From positions 1 through 63,366 of the IMG/VR virus record IMGVR_UViG_3300042894_005834: a stretch of DNA of 63,366 nucleotides, one strand, 5' to 3'. Position 1 is the stretch's first letter. The number at the start of each line of letters is the position of its first letter. The notes beneath the pieces are model-generated. The model had not been told where the DNA came from, did no database searches, and saw nothing but the letters and a program-made list of their open reading frames with translations. This document shows positions 27,614-38,158 of this stretch, in pieces. This stretch comes from a virus (lineage: Duplodnaviria > Caudoviricetes). The position numbers and the translations under genes are program-made.

Positions 27614-30373
27614 TCAAAGATCGTCGAAAGAAGCACCACTATTTGTTATAACAAAATCGATACCGATAAATTCGATTGCATAAGCTGGTTTGATAAAGAT
27701 TTTAGCATACATGGTGTTTCTATCAATCAAATCAGGCGTCGTAGTTGTTTCATCAAGAACAACCTTATAATCAACGATACCACTGCCAGCTTTTACACTA
27801 TCCATAAGTGGATTAACTTGATTGATAAAACGTTGCCAAGTTGTTTTGACATTTTGGTCGAATAGCAAGCCTGATGCGATTCTTGAAATTTGTTTTTTGA
27901 GGAACAAAACAAGTCTGCGAACATTGATTCTATCAAGTGCAGAAGGTGTTGCTTGTAGAGTCTTTTGACCAAAAATAACAATTCCTTCTGATGGGAATCT
28001 GGCGATTGGATTGATATTGATTTCATAAAGGTCATCACGCTGAGTTGCTTTTAGAACTTCACGAACTTCAATAACATTCAAACCAGAAGAACCACGGTCA
28101 AGCCCACCACGATTAAATCCTGCTGGTGCAAACCAAACAGCTGATACTTCTTGTGAACTAGCCATTGTACCAAGTGCAACAACAGAAGGTGGCATCCAAA
28201 GATCGCCATTTTCACGTTGGTCTTTAACTCTTACCCAAGGATAATAAGTGCAGCCATAGCTAGTGTTAAAGTCTCTTGCTTGAATCAATGCAGTTGTTTC
28301 TTGTACAGAACCAATTCTTTCAAGTTCAACTTTACTATTTTCTGCTTCTGGTACATAGCCACCTGGTATATCAATGATAGCCATTGCGTCGCCGCGAGTT
28401 TCGCAAACTTCAATAGCACGATTGGTTATTACACCATTTGTAATACCTGGTACTACCAACAAGTTCATATCTAGAACTTCTGGGTCTACAACGGAATCTA
28501 ATGCTCTTTTTAATGAGTAGACAGCATAGTTTGATTTACCTTCTGAATCATCTTCTGTTAAGAAGGTATTACGAAGAGGATCTTTTTCTGTTATGCGTAA
28601 GCCGTCTGTACCACCAAATAATGAAACAGTAAATTTATTAATTTTTTCTAGTGCAGCAACATAAGGTTTAGCAGAACCTGAAGCTTGTGCAGTTAGTGAT
28701 AGACCACTTAAGCGTGAACCAGGAACCCAAACAGCGCTTGTGGCAACTGAAGAACCACTAACATCGTCAAGAGTAAACAATTGGTCTACACTGACTAACG
28801 CACCGGAAACTTCATATGAATCTAAACCAGCTGGCTTGGCGCGAACCAAGTCAAGGATATCTTCATTAAATAATCTGCCAGTATCGTTCTTGGTATCAAC
28901 ACCAAAGTATGATTTTTCACCTCTGAGTGAAGCGGTAACAACCATCGGCATTGTTGGGAACAGGAAGGATGCAGTTACGTTTGCACCGTTTGTATTTACT
29001 GAGCCACTGAATAGTGCGGTTGAAGTTCCATTTGATAATGCAGATACAAGTCTTGGTGAACTAAAGAAGCCGAATGGAAGCAATTCAGGATCAAGAGCGC
29101 CTTGTTCTAATAGCAAGTCCATTTCTACACGAATATAACTTGAGATGTTATCAAATGAGCCAACAGACTTATGCTTTTGTTGATCAGCGTCCCAAATGGT
29201 TTTTTTGTCGCCTATCATTCTTGCAATATAATTTTGTGAAGTTGGATCAAGATTTACATTTGTGAATGTTTCTAATACTTCTTGTTTTTTATCTCCGTCC
29301 ACAATGTTACGGACTTTAACAGTAAAGGAACCATATTTGTTAAAGGAGTTATTAGAAGCTTTTATATCTTCGATTGAAACCTTAACATTTTTTTGTTCCC
29401 ATTCACCACTACTATCACCTTGTTCACCACCCAAAGTGGAAAAGCGGAATAGTTTTGGCATTTGTGAGGCTGAGAAGCTTGAAGTAACAGCGTTTAAATC
29501 CTGTGAGATAATCCAACCAGTTTTTGCTGGTTGAGCTTGAACACCAAGATTACTACCCATATCTATTGAGCCATTTTTCAATGGTGCAACACAAGCAAAA
29601 ACATTACCAGCACTACCGCTTACAACTACACCTTTCAAGAAAGTTTCGAAAGTTTCGCCGAGCCAATAAGTTTTCAAAGCACTCGTTGGGATAATAGTGC
29701 TGTTAGTCATAACAGGGTTTGTGTTAAGAACTTTGCGAATGTATTTGGAACTGTTTTTGTTTAAATTGAAAGCCGTATCTAGTTTTGTGACTCCAGCGCC
29801 ATCTTTAACGGCGATTCTGAATTCATAATCGTTACCAATGCTGGTAACAAATTGATTTGAACCAGAAACAAACACACTGCTAGAAACTGCAGGACCAATT
29901 AACTGCACTGAGCCAGTAGCGAGATACAAAACAGCTGCTAACGAGCCGGTACCTGTCGAACCACTTGGAGACATAAAGATACCCCAAGCACCATTTTTGG
30001 CTTGCCAACCGGCTTGAGCGTCTTCGTCTATTGTCGCATTAGGATGTTGCACACCCAAAACGCGAACAGCAGTTAATGGTGCTGAATTTTTTAACCAAGC
30101 TTCGGCAGCATATGCAGCATAAGTTGGTGATTGTTGTTGACCAGTTCTCCAAACATCGCTTCTAGTAGAATTTACTACGCCTCTGGTTGGTGGACCAAAA
30201 GCACCATCAAAATCAACATAGTTTGCTACTGTTACGGGAACCATTCCTGGGCCACGTTGGAATCTACCAACAACAACTGGACCGATATCGCCTTCGGTGG
30301 TCGTAATTACGGAGCGATCAATTTCATTAATTTGAACGCCTGGGGATATAAACTTGAATCTTTTAGCAGTCAT
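27614..30373 (-). CDS. contractile tail sheath protein (gp18-like)
   Basis: ISPGVQINEID, YYPWV, WFAPAGFNRG, INPI, GQKTLQ..PSALDRINVRRL. Confidence 0.95.
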   Translation of the reverse strand: MTAKRFKFISPGVQINEIDRSVITTTEGDIGPVVVGRFQRGPGMVPVTVANYVDFDGAFGPPTRGVVNSTRSDVWRTGQQQSPTYAAYAAEAWLKNSAPLTAVRVLGVQHPNATIDEDAQAGWQAKNGAWGIFMSPSGSTGTGSLAAVLYLATGSVQLIGPAVSSSVFVSGSNQFVTSIGNDYEFRIAVKDGAGVTKLDTAFNLNKNSSKYIRKVLNTNPVMTNSTIIPTSALKTYWLGETFETFLKGVVVSGSAGNVFACVAPLKNGSIDMGSNLGVQAQPAKTGWIISQDLNAVTSSFSASQMPKLFRFSTLGGEQGDSSGEWEQKNVKVSIEDIKASNNSFNKYGSFTVKVRNIVDGDKKQEVLETFTNVNLDPTSQNYIARMIGDKKTIWDADQQKHKSVGSFDNISSYIRVEMDLLLEQGALDPELLPFGFFSSPRLVSALSNGTSTALFSGSVNTNGANVTASFLFPTMPMVVTASLRGEKSYFGVDTKNDTGRLFNEDILDLVRAKPAGLDSYEVSGALVSVDQLFTLDDVSGSSVATSAVWVPGSRLSGLSLTAQASGSAKPYVAALEKINKFTVSLFGGTDGLRITEKDPLRNTFLTEDDSEGKSNYAVYSLKRALDSVVDPEVLDMNLLVVPGITNGVITNRAIEVCETRGDAMAIIDIPGGYVPEAENSKVELERIGSVQETTALIQARDFNTSYGCTYYPWVRVKDQRENGDLWMPPSVVALGTMASSQEVSAVWFAPAGFNRGGLDRGSSGLNVIEVREVLKATQRDDLYEININPIARFPSEGIVIFGQKTLQATPSALDRINVRRLVLFLKKQISRIASGLLFDQNVKTTWQRFINQVNPLMDSVKAGSGIVDYKVVLDETTTTPDLIDRNTMYAKIFIKPAYAIEFIGIDFVITNSGASFDDL

Positions 30374-30408
30374 TACTGGGATCTCCTCAAAATTTAACTT
30401 TTCTAAAA

Positions 30409-30416
30409 TAAATAGT
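30409..30416 (-). promoter_or_regulatory. putative late promoter ACTATTTA
   Basis: Upstream of the sheath gene. Confidence 0.6.
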
Positions 30417-30443
30417 GCTGTTTATGATCAAAAGCAGCCACAT

Positions 30444-31265
30444 TCACTGTTTCTTTTTGCTAGCTAAATCAAAATTGGTCATTGTATATTCTCTTGGAAT
30501 TTTAACTTCAACAGCGTTTTCTCTATAAACTATATTTGTGTTTAATTCATTTGCGCCTGCATTTACCATATGTCCTGTAACATTTAATTTTATTATTGTT
30601 TTAAACATTCTTTCTTCTTGTTCTAGTTTGTCACCATTATTTTCTAGAGAATATGAAGCATCCAAAAAAGCTTCGTATCTATGTCCTTCATTCTCAATAA
30701 TAAAATAGTTACCAGCACCGGTATTAGTGATAAAAGGTTGCACCAACTCGTTCATTTGTTGCTGGTATTCTGTTCGTAAGTGAATCTCGTATTCAAAGTT
30801 TGCTTGAACTGGCATCTTAATTGACTTAAAGCCATAAACAACTTTTTTATTTTCTCTTTTAAAATTAGGTTGTTTAACTTTTTTTTGCGAATCTGCATTT
30901 GCGAAGTTGGTAGATTTATCTTGATTAATTTCTTTTACAATCAAATAATCTTCTGCGAATAGATTAGGAACAACGTTTCCTGGAAATATTCCTTTTGTCT
31001 TTAAGTCTTTGCTTATAGCGGTTCTTTTTAAAGTGATCACGGGTAATATAAAACTACCGTCGTTTTGACGAAGTTCTTTTTTGTTTTTAATCTGAAAAGA
31101 TCTTTCTCCAGAAACCCAAATAACTGGCGTCTTAGCCCATCCACGATTTGTGGTTGCATACAGATTCATGACTTCATCTAGCCATTTATAAACAGCCAAA
31201 TCAATATTTTCTATTTTTGATGGATCTAATGGAAACTTACCATCACCTTCTTTTTGAGTTGTCAT
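30444..31265 (-). CDS. tail terminator / neck protein (gp15-like)
   Basis: Synteny between gp14-like gene and sheath; P.IW..GER, ILP.I...R, MP....EY. Confidence 0.65.
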   Translation of the reverse strand: MTTQKEGDGKFPLDPSKIENIDLAVYKWLDEVMNLYATTNRGWAKTPVIWVSGERSFQIKNKKELRQNDGSFILPVITLKRTAISKDLKTKGIFPGNVVPNLFAEDYLIVKEINQDKSTNFANADSQKKVKQPNFKRENKKVVYGFKSIKMPVQANFEYEIHLRTEYQQQMNELVQPFITNTGAGNYFIIENEGHRYEAFLDASYSLENNGDKLEQEERMFKTIIKLNVTGHMVNAGANELNTNIVYRENAVEVKIPREYTMTNFDLASKKKQ

Positions 31266-31268
31266 TTA

Positions 31269-32117
31269 TTACTCCGTTATTTGTGTGATGCCGTTACCAA
31301 ATGGTCCATCTTCAAATATTTCAAATGCGAATGGAGATGTATACCATAAACCTTCTTCATTATAATAAAATTTATTTGCCATTTGAAATGGTGGAGGTTG
31401 AAAATCTCCAAGAGCGGTAAGATAAATGATACAACCTTTGTAACTTTGTGGATTCTCATTATAATCAATGAATTGCGCAAGCTGCAAAGAATTATTAGAA
31501 GCATTAATTTTATTTATTACACCTCTGCACCCTTCTACAACATCACCCATATTCACTACCTGACCATTTTCGGTAAGTTCGCGGAAAACTTCTAATACTT
31601 GATCTATTTCGGCTGGATATTCAAATAAGCCAGCTCTTGCGGAGGTGCAAGTTGATTGAATTTCAAATCGATGTTCTGCTTGACCAAATAATTGTCTTGG
31701 AATATTTGCAGTCATTATTTCATAAAAACGACCACCATAAAATATAAAGTCACCTTCACGAACAAATAAATTTTGATCTTGGTTTAATCTTCGTTTATGG
31801 AAATTAACAGTTACCTTAGTCTTTTTATCTAGACCAAAAGTATCTGTTGCTGTTTCAATACCATCAAATTTAACAAGAGCGTGGACTCTTACAGGAGGTA
31901 AAAAGTTTTTCTCTATTGCTTCACCATAAACAGGGTGAAAATTGGTATGCACATAACTAATAGGAAAATAAAGAAGAGTTTGACCAATGACGCGTTCTAT
32001 TATTTCGTCATTGACTTGCTTAACTAGATCTCTTTCCTTCTCTCCAAGAAACATTGGAGGAGGAGGATTACTAGGTTGTTGCCACTTATTAAATTTACTG
32101 TCTTTTTTTCTTGCCAT
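31269..32117 (-). CDS. neck / head-closure protein (gp14-like) with C-terminal extension
   Basis: EIIERVIGQ..LYFP, VYGEA, EGDFI; synteny. Confidence 0.75.
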   Translation of the reverse strand: MARKKDSKFNKWQQPSNPPPPMFLGEKERDLVKQVNDEIIERVIGQTLLYFPISYVHTNFHPVYGEAIEKNFLPPVRVHALVKFDGIETATDTFGLDKKTKVTVNFHKRRLNQDQNLFVREGDFIFYGGRFYEIMTANIPRQLFGQAEHRFEIQSTCTSARAGLFEYPAEIDQVLEVFRELTENGQVVNMGDVVEGCRGVINKINASNNSLQLAQFIDYNENPQSYKGCIIYLTALGDFQPPPFQMANKFYYNEEGLWYTSPFAFEIFEDGPFGNGITQITE

Positions 32118-32128
32118 ACTCTAATCTC

Positions 32129-33430
32129 CTAACCAGTAAATATTGCCATTGGGAACTTCTCTATTATTTTCTGAGTGCTGTCTGTTATGCCTGCAGTTTG
32201 TTCTGCAAGTTTGTCATAAGTCATCTCTGTTAGAATGGTTTTCATTTCTTCTCTTAGAGTGTTCATTTCTTCTTTTGCTTGTGATAATAAATCAGAAGCA
32301 TTTAAGGTTACGCTTTCGCCAGGAATAGGAACAGTAGAAAACTTACCACGGATTTGACCAAGCATTTCTTTACAGATAGAAAGTGCAAATCTTCTTATCC
32401 ATTGTTTACCAATAGAGTTTATATTTTCATATGGAATATTTGCAAACGGCAAAGTGTTCATATTATTAACACCAGTAGAACGGTTGCCACCTGTTGAAGC
32501 AGAACCACTAACACCAGTTGAACTGCTGCCACCATAATCATATGCGCCTTGTGGAATAACAAACTCAACCCAGATAAATTTAAGGTCATTGGCCATAGGT
32601 GTAGGGAATAATCTTAGTTTGTTATTTCTTATTTCATAAGAATAATGAGAAATGCGTGTGTAGATGTTATCTTCATAGGCCATTGCTTGCATCTTATTTT
32701 GCCAAGCTGGAATAACTTCGAAAGTGCTATCGTCCGCATATTGTCCATAGGTGCTTAAATTACCTACAGTATTAATGCCACCATAATAGCCATAAAATCT
32801 CCACATTGCTCTTGGTGACTTATAATAAACTTTTTTAACTTCTACTTTGTTTGTTATTAAGCCAGCAAAAGGACTTCCTGGAACCAAGCTTTGACTTAGT
32901 ATGCCATCTTGCAAGTCATAGTCTTGTTGTTCTGAATTAACCGGGACTGAAGCTGAGAATACAGTTAGATTTCCACCGACAGAAACAACTTCAGAAGTTT
33001 TTGTCATTACTTCTCTTGCATATCCAATATCAAAAGAAGGAAGCATTAATTCCGGTCTAGAACCGTTCAGGCTCGACGAGAATAAACTGCCACTAACTAG
33101 TTCACCGTCGCTGTTAAAAGTGCCTGTAGGCGATCCTAGTGCGCTAGCCATCACATTTCTTGATTGATGCACATTGAGGATGTAGCTATACTCAAGAACT
33201 GCTACTTCATAAGCTGCATAAACATTTTGTTCAGTTAGTTCAATGTCTAAAACATCGCCACCAAGCATTTTATAAGTAAAAGCAACTTGATCAGAAGCCC
33301 CTGTAATAAAATCAGTGTTACTAGCATATACACCAAATGGCAAACTGGCAGTAACTCTTGAGAAAGTTCCCAGTGCTGGCAGCGTAATTGCGCTTATTTG
33401 ACTTTTTGGGGCGAGGACTGGAAGTGCCAT
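32129..33430 (-). CDS. neck / head-tail adaptor protein (gp13-like)
   Basis: LGGDVLDIELTE, WIRRFAL..CKEMLG.IRGKF...PG..VTLN. Confidence 0.8.
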   Translation of the reverse strand: MALPVLAPKSQISAITLPALGTFSRVTASLPFGVYASNTDFITGASDQVAFTYKMLGGDVLDIELTEQNVYAAYEVAVLEYSYILNVHQSRNVMASALGSPTGTFNSDGELVSGSLFSSSLNGSRPELMLPSFDIGYAREVMTKTSEVVSVGGNLTVFSASVPVNSEQQDYDLQDGILSQSLVPGSPFAGLITNKVEVKKVYYKSPRAMWRFYGYYGGINTVGNLSTYGQYADDSTFEVIPAWQNKMQAMAYEDNIYTRISHYSYEIRNNKLRLFPTPMANDLKFIWVEFVIPQGAYDYGGSSSTGVSGSASTGGNRSTGVNNMNTLPFANIPYENINSIGKQWIRRFALSICKEMLGQIRGKFSTVPIPGESVTLNASDLLSQAKEEMNTLREEMKTILTEMTYDKLAEQTAGITDSTQKIIEKFPMAIFTG

Positions 33431-33455
33431 AAGATTAAAACTCCTATTTTATTAA

Positions 33456-33463
33456 TAAATAGT
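33456..33463 (-). promoter_or_regulatory. putative late promoter ACTATTTA
   Basis: Upstream of the gp13-like RBS. Confidence 0.6.
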
Positions 33464-33482
33464 TACTATATATGTATTAATC

Positions 33483-33516
33483 AAAATAAGAAACCCGCCA
33501 TATTTCAGGCGGGTTT
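33483..33516 (-). terminator. intrinsic terminator
   Basis: AAACCCGCC-loop-GGCGGGTTT plus T-rich tail. Confidence 0.75.
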
Positions 33517-33526
33517 ATAATATAAA

Positions 33527-34858
33527 TCACATATCAACTGGCGGTGTAAAATTCGTGGTGTATCTAGCAACACCCTTTGTAAGCCGCAAGTCTTCAATGT
33601 ATCCATTATACCAATCACCATTATAAGCGCCAACAGTGAGAACGTTTGGACAGTTATTGAATGCACCTGAAGCTACCTTAGTTGCAACGACTTGTCCATT
33701 AATAAATAGTTTCAGACTTGTTCCGGCCCGCGCCACAGCAACATGTGTCCACTGATTAGGAACAACCGCTCCAGCTGTACTTGCAATTGCAACGTTAGAA
33801 GTTCCTATTCCATATGAGAAGTTAACAGCACCTACAGAATTTAATTGTAAGCCAAAAGAACACAGAGTTGATACTCCATTATACCAATGTGAGACAACTG
33901 TCTGTGCTTTATTAACAACTGGACGTATCCAAGATTCAATAGTAAAATCACCAGTAAAGGTAAAAGCATTATTGTCTGGCGTAGTGCATATGTCACTAGC
34001 TCCGTCAAAATAAATACTACTACCACCATTTCTGCTACTACTAGTGCTTATTTTTGTATCACCTACCGCAGTTATAGCATAATTGTTTACGCTACTATCA
34101 ATAATACTTCTACTATTGTTGATACCATCACCTTTTAATAAAAGGCTGACACTTGCAGAATATATGTCTGTTTGTGCTGGCGCCAAGCCAGAACCACCAA
34201 GACTAATTAATTTAGTATTACCGCCACTGGAACTCAAGGTCAATGTTCCGGTTACTGAGCCGGTTATAGTTGGTGAATAAGTCACTGCAACTGTTTTACT
34301 TGTTCCACTACCCGTTAGCTCAAAACTAGCTGGGGAGAAACTAAATTGATTTGAATCATCACTTAAAGTTACAGTTTCTTTAACGCTAGTGAAACCACCA
34401 GCAGAAATAACAACATTCATAGAACTGGTTGTATTTACGGTTGTTGTTCCAAATGAAAGCGAATTAACGCTTGATGTTAATATCAATGGCACAGCAGCTG
34501 CCATACCTTGCATTGAAACATTTATAACACTACCATTACTGGCACTTAGTATAAGATTTGCTGTTTTAAGACCCCAACTTGTTGGTGTAAAAGTAATATC
34601 AATTAGTTGACTTGTTACGCCGCCCGTTAAAGCAAAGCTTAAAGGTGTTTGATCAAATTGATCAGAATCATCTCCAACCGATACTATTTCAACTGTTGCA
34701 CCGGCTAATTCTGCTGCCGATACATAAACACTTAACAAACTACTGGTTCCAATACAAGTAGATGGAAAATTTAAGCTATTAAAGCTAGAAGTTAAATGTA
34801 ATGGAACTACGATTGTCGACGTGGCGGAATATTGTTCTGGTTCACTATAAAAAAACAT
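33527..34858 (-). CDS. virion decoration protein: two Ig-like (ASH-type) domains plus LamG/ConA lectin domain
   Basis: Two repeats (SLnF..T...F.P...G....L); C-terminal DFTIESW..., WTHVAV.R, GYIEDLR.TKGVARY; start 34858 with GGAGG SD; directly after the capsid gene. Confidence 0.75.
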   Translation of the reverse strand: MFFYSEPEQYSATSTIVVPLHLTSSFNSLNFPSTCIGTSSLLSVYVSAAELAGATVEIVSVGDDSDQFDQTPLSFALTGGVTSQLIDITFTPTSWGLKTANLILSASNGSVINVSMQGMAAAVPLILTSSVNSLSFGTTTVNTTSSMNVVISAGGFTSVKETVTLSDDSNQFSFSPASFELTGSGTSKTVAVTYSPTITGSVTGTLTLSSSGGNTKLISLGGSGLAPAQTDIYSASVSLLLKGDGINNSRSIIDSSVNNYAITAVGDTKISTSSSRNGGSSIYFDGASDICTTPDNNAFTFTGDFTIESWIRPVVNKAQTVVSHWYNGVSTLCSFGLQLNSVGAVNFSYGIGTSNVAIASTAGAVVPNQWTHVAVARAGTSLKLFINGQVVATKVASGAFNNCPNVLTVGAYNGDWYNGYIEDLRLTKGVARYTTNFTPPVDM

Positions 34859-34960
34859 TGGTATTACCTCCCAGGTAAATTTGGTTTTGTATAAATAGCT
34901 TGAAACTATAGCTTTGTCGACGATAACAAATTTAAAACTTATATAAGTGTTGTGACAAAG

Positions 34961-34988
34961 AAAAGAAAAAACCCACCTTTCGGTGGGT
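34961..34988 (-). terminator. intrinsic terminator after the major capsid gene
   Basis: ACCCACC-GAAA-GGTGGGT then TTTTTCTTTT. Confidence 0.85.
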
Positions 34989-35029
34989 CTTCTCATTTAA
35001 CACCGCTTCGAAAAGCAGTATTATTTAAC

Positions 35030-36754
35030 TCAGCCCAAAAGATCTTGGCAAACAACTAGACCAAACATGTCAGGACGTACCATCTTCTTGGCGTAACGAG
35101 TCATAACACCCTTACGTGGTACGAAATCTTCAGTACCAAAGATGGTTGGCGTGACTTGGAGTGGAACATATGGAGCGTAGACATAGCCACTTTCCAAGAA
35201 TTGTGTACCACGACGACCAACTAGCAGCAAGTTGCGTGGGAAGTATGGGTCAACCATAACATCCCATTTCTTACTAAGTGAACCAACTTTAACAGCACCG
35301 GCTGTACCTTTGGCTTCATCAGGAACAACGCCAGAAGCACGGAAGCCAGCAGTCATTTCTAGAATGCTAGCAACTTCTGGTGAAGTTACGATGAAGTTAG
35401 CACCACCACGCAATGTTTTGCGGTGGATTTGTGCTGATAGGTCATTAACGGTTTCAAGAAGGGTTTCATACCACATTGAAACGTTACCGGTAAAGTCGGC
35501 ACCAAGTAGACCTTCGTTAGGAAGGGCACTGATGGGCGCGCCAGTTACTTTGTTTAGGAAGCGACCTGGACGACGTGACCAGTGATAAACACCAGCAGTT
35601 GCACCCTTGATTAGATCTTCAAGGATTTCTTGGTCGATTTCTAGAGCAATGTGCTCGCTCATGATGCTTGTAAGTTCAACTTCGGCATCGAGGTTGTGGT
35701 AAGCATTTAGATCTTGACCGAGTTCTGGCGTCCACTTGACTTTTAGTTTCTTCGTTTTTGCACTGACTGAAACTGAATCGATTTTGACGTCGATTTCTGG
35801 AATATCAGCAGTACCTTCTAGAGCCCATTGTGCCGTGGCACGGATTGAACCTAGACCGTTGCCGCCGCCCAAATTATCATCAATTGGGAAGGTGACTGCT
35901 TTGGTGCCAGTCGTCAATTCGGTCAACAAAGCACCCAAAACAGCAGGACTGTTGGCTTTAAAGACCAAGCGTAAATGAGTGTAGGTATCGCCAACAGCGT
36001 CAGCACCGGTAGAGATAGCTTTAGCGGTTAAACGACGAATTTGCGTACCATTGCTAACAGCTGTTGTAACTTTAACTGCAACTAGATTGCTTCTGTTAAG
36101 AACGTTACCACCTAGTTCTAATGAAGCAACTGGGACAACAACAACAACGACGGCGTCAGAACCTGAAACTAGATCTGGATCAAAACGTAGAGCGCGATCA
36201 AGGACTGGATCAGCGCCAACTGCATTGCCGCCAGCGACGAATGTAGCGGAAGCTAATGAAGCAGTATTTGAACCAGTTGGTGAGCTATAACCATTGTTTA
36301 AGCTGTAGAATGATTTTTCTAGATTTGCACCAGTTAAATCAACACCTGATGTGATTTGGCTAGCCAAACGGCCACCACCAAATACTGAATCACCAGCGGT
36401 TGAACCTAAACGGCTTCCACTGACTTTAAAGTCGAGGAAGAAGATTAGACCGCTTGGTAGGCTCATTGGTTGAACTGAAACTAGTTCGTTAGCAATGAGT
36501 GAACCGAATACACGACGAACGATTGGAAAGGCAACAGCTGCGAAGCCTTCGACGTCACCAGCACTCATTGAACTACTTTCTTTTAGTAGTTGTTTGGCTT
36601 GGTTTTCTAATAGAACAGCCATACCATTTTTTTGGGCTTCGTCACGAAGACCTTCTAGTAGACCGGTTTTTTCCCATTTTGCACGAAGAGCGGAACCTTC
36701 TTTTGAAAGGTCGCGGTCAACGATATTTTCTGTTAAACGCTTTAAAATTGACAT
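35030..36754 (-). CDS. major capsid protein (gp23-like)
   Basis: KWEKTGLLEGL, VSVQPM..PSGLIF, WTPEL.QDL.A.H..DAE.EL, EID.EI, YAPYVPL, MTRYA. Confidence 0.96.
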   Translation of the reverse strand: MSILKRLTENIVDRDLSKEGSALRAKWEKTGLLEGLRDEAQKNGMAVLLENQAKQLLKESSSMSAGDVEGFAAVAFPIVRRVFGSLIANELVSVQPMSLPSGLIFFLDFKVSGSRLGSTAGDSVFGGGRLASQITSGVDLTGANLEKSFYSLNNGYSSPTGSNTASLASATFVAGGNAVGADPVLDRALRFDPDLVSGSDAVVVVVVPVASLELGGNVLNRSNLVAVKVTTAVSNGTQIRRLTAKAISTGADAVGDTYTHLRLVFKANSPAVLGALLTELTTGTKAVTFPIDDNLGGGNGLGSIRATAQWALEGTADIPEIDVKIDSVSVSAKTKKLKVKWTPELGQDLNAYHNLDAEVELTSIMSEHIALEIDQEILEDLIKGATAGVYHWSRRPGRFLNKVTGAPISALPNEGLLGADFTGNVSMWYETLLETVNDLSAQIHRKTLRGGANFIVTSPEVASILEMTAGFRASGVVPDEAKGTAGAVKVGSLSKKWDVMVDPYFPRNLLLVGRRGTQFLESGYVYAPYVPLQVTPTIFGTEDFVPRKGVMTRYAKKMVRPDMFGLVVCQDLLG

Positions 36755-36789
36755 TGTAATTCTCCTTAAATGAATTAATTAAATAAATA

Positions 36790-38085
36790 CTATTTCTTGA
36801 TGCCTGCGATTTTTTGCCATCTTTCAACGGCTGAATTTTCAACAGGTTGTTCTTTCTCTCTGAGACGAATGTTAAAACCCTCATTACGAGTTACAGCTTC
36901 GCTTAGTGATTTTGGTTCTCTAACAAATTTATTGCCAGAACCCACTGCGCTTTGAAGTGTTTCGAATATAATTTTAACTTTGTCAACAGAACCAGCTTTC
37001 GAAATAGCTTCGACAATATTATTTTTTTGTCGCTCATTCAAGGAGACGCTACCTAGTGCTTGATTCTTGTAATATAACTTAGCGTTTTGAAGATTCATTT
37101 CTTCTAGACGCTTAGATAAGGTTAATGCAGTTGCTTTCATTTCTGAATGTTCTTTAAACAATCTTGCATTTTCTTCTGTAAGAAGTTTGTTTTTAACTTG
37201 AGCTTTTTTGTGCTCTTGAAGTAGTTGTGAAGACTTTTCTATTAAAAGAAGAGTTTGGTTAGAAGAAGCTGTTTTGCTTTCTTGAAGCTTTTTATCTCTT
37301 ATAGCAGCCGCTAGATTTGCTGCAATACGAGCTTTTTCTTTTGGATTCATTCTGTCTTTAATAGCTTCTGTGCTATCTTGTGATGGTTGGTAACGAGCAT
37401 CTTCTTCTAGGTCTTTATCTTTATTTTTACCTTTGGCACGTAGAGCAGCAAAATCAGCAGATGTTAATTTACCTTTTGGTTCGGCAACATCTAATTTCTT
37501 TTGACCCGGTGACAGTTCTTCTTCCCATATTGCTTCTTGGAATAAATCTTCGTCTTCTAAGAGACTGTTAATAAACTCTTCACTTAATTCTATTTCTTCT
37601 TCCATCACAGGAGTTTCTTCCTCTTCTTCTTCTGGAGGCATTGGAGGAACTTCTGGAGCCATATTAGCATTAACGTCTGGTGCAACTGGACCTTGTTCTG
37701 GTGCAGGAGTTAATGGGGCAGCTAAAGGATTTGACATATCATTTGTCATACCCGTTTGAGTATCAACAGATGACATAGCTTTTTGCAAATCAGCAAAATC
37801 GATTTCTATTTCTTTATCTGGGCAAGGACAAAGATTCATACCGTTTGTAGCGCCCATTGGTATTTGTCCATTTAGTGTTCCGGCAGCTGGATCAGCTGGT
37901 GCATCACCAGTTAGTGAATCTAGATCTGGGTCTGCAAGTGGATCATCTTGTTCTAAAAGCATACTTTCAATTGCTTTTTTAACTTCTGGTGTATATTTTT
38001 CAAGAATAGCTTCTTGGGCACTTTTTAATGCAGCTTCTTTAAGAGCTTTAGCATCGATAATAGCTTCTTCCAACAATTTTGACAT
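36790..38085 (-). CDS. prohead scaffold/core protein (gp22-like)
   Basis: Acidic and coiled-coil; upstream of MCP; ends RWQKIAGIK. Confidence 0.75.
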   Translation of the reverse strand: MSKLLEEAIIDAKALKEAALKSAQEAILEKYTPEVKKAIESMLLEQDDPLADPDLDSLTGDAPADPAAGTLNGQIPMGATNGMNLCPCPDKEIEIDFADLQKAMSSVDTQTGMTNDMSNPLAAPLTPAPEQGPVAPDVNANMAPEVPPMPPEEEEEETPVMEEEIELSEEFINSLLEDEDLFQEAIWEEELSPGQKKLDVAEPKGKLTSADFAALRAKGKNKDKDLEEDARYQPSQDSTEAIKDRMNPKEKARIAANLAAAIRDKKLQESKTASSNQTLLLIEKSSQLLQEHKKAQVKNKLLTEENARLFKEHSEMKATALTLSKRLEEMNLQNAKLYYKNQALGSVSLNERQKNNIVEAISKAGSVDKVKIIFETLQSAVGSGNKFVREPKSLSEAVTRNEGFNIRLREKEQPVENSAVERWQKIAGIKK

Positions 38086-38127
38086 TATCATCTCCCAAAA
38101 TCAATAAATAAAAATAGAATTTCAATA

Positions 38128-38135
38128 TAACTAGT
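38128..38135 (-). promoter_or_regulatory. putative late promoter ACTAGTTA
   Basis: Matches consensus; upstream of the scaffold-capsid operon. Confidence 0.55.
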
Positions 38136-38158
38136 ATCACGAACTGATAAAATGCCAT

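Noticed and set aside
33527-34100. Diversity-generating retroelement target in the lectin or fibre C-termini
   Set aside because: No reverse transcriptase and no template/variable repeat pair differing at adenines was seen in the window
34859-34996. Longer N-termini given by the ORF track (also 40708-40761, 57705-57722, 60213-60335)
   Set aside because: They run through terminators, promoters or neighbouring genes; downstream starts have SD sequences or match family N-termini
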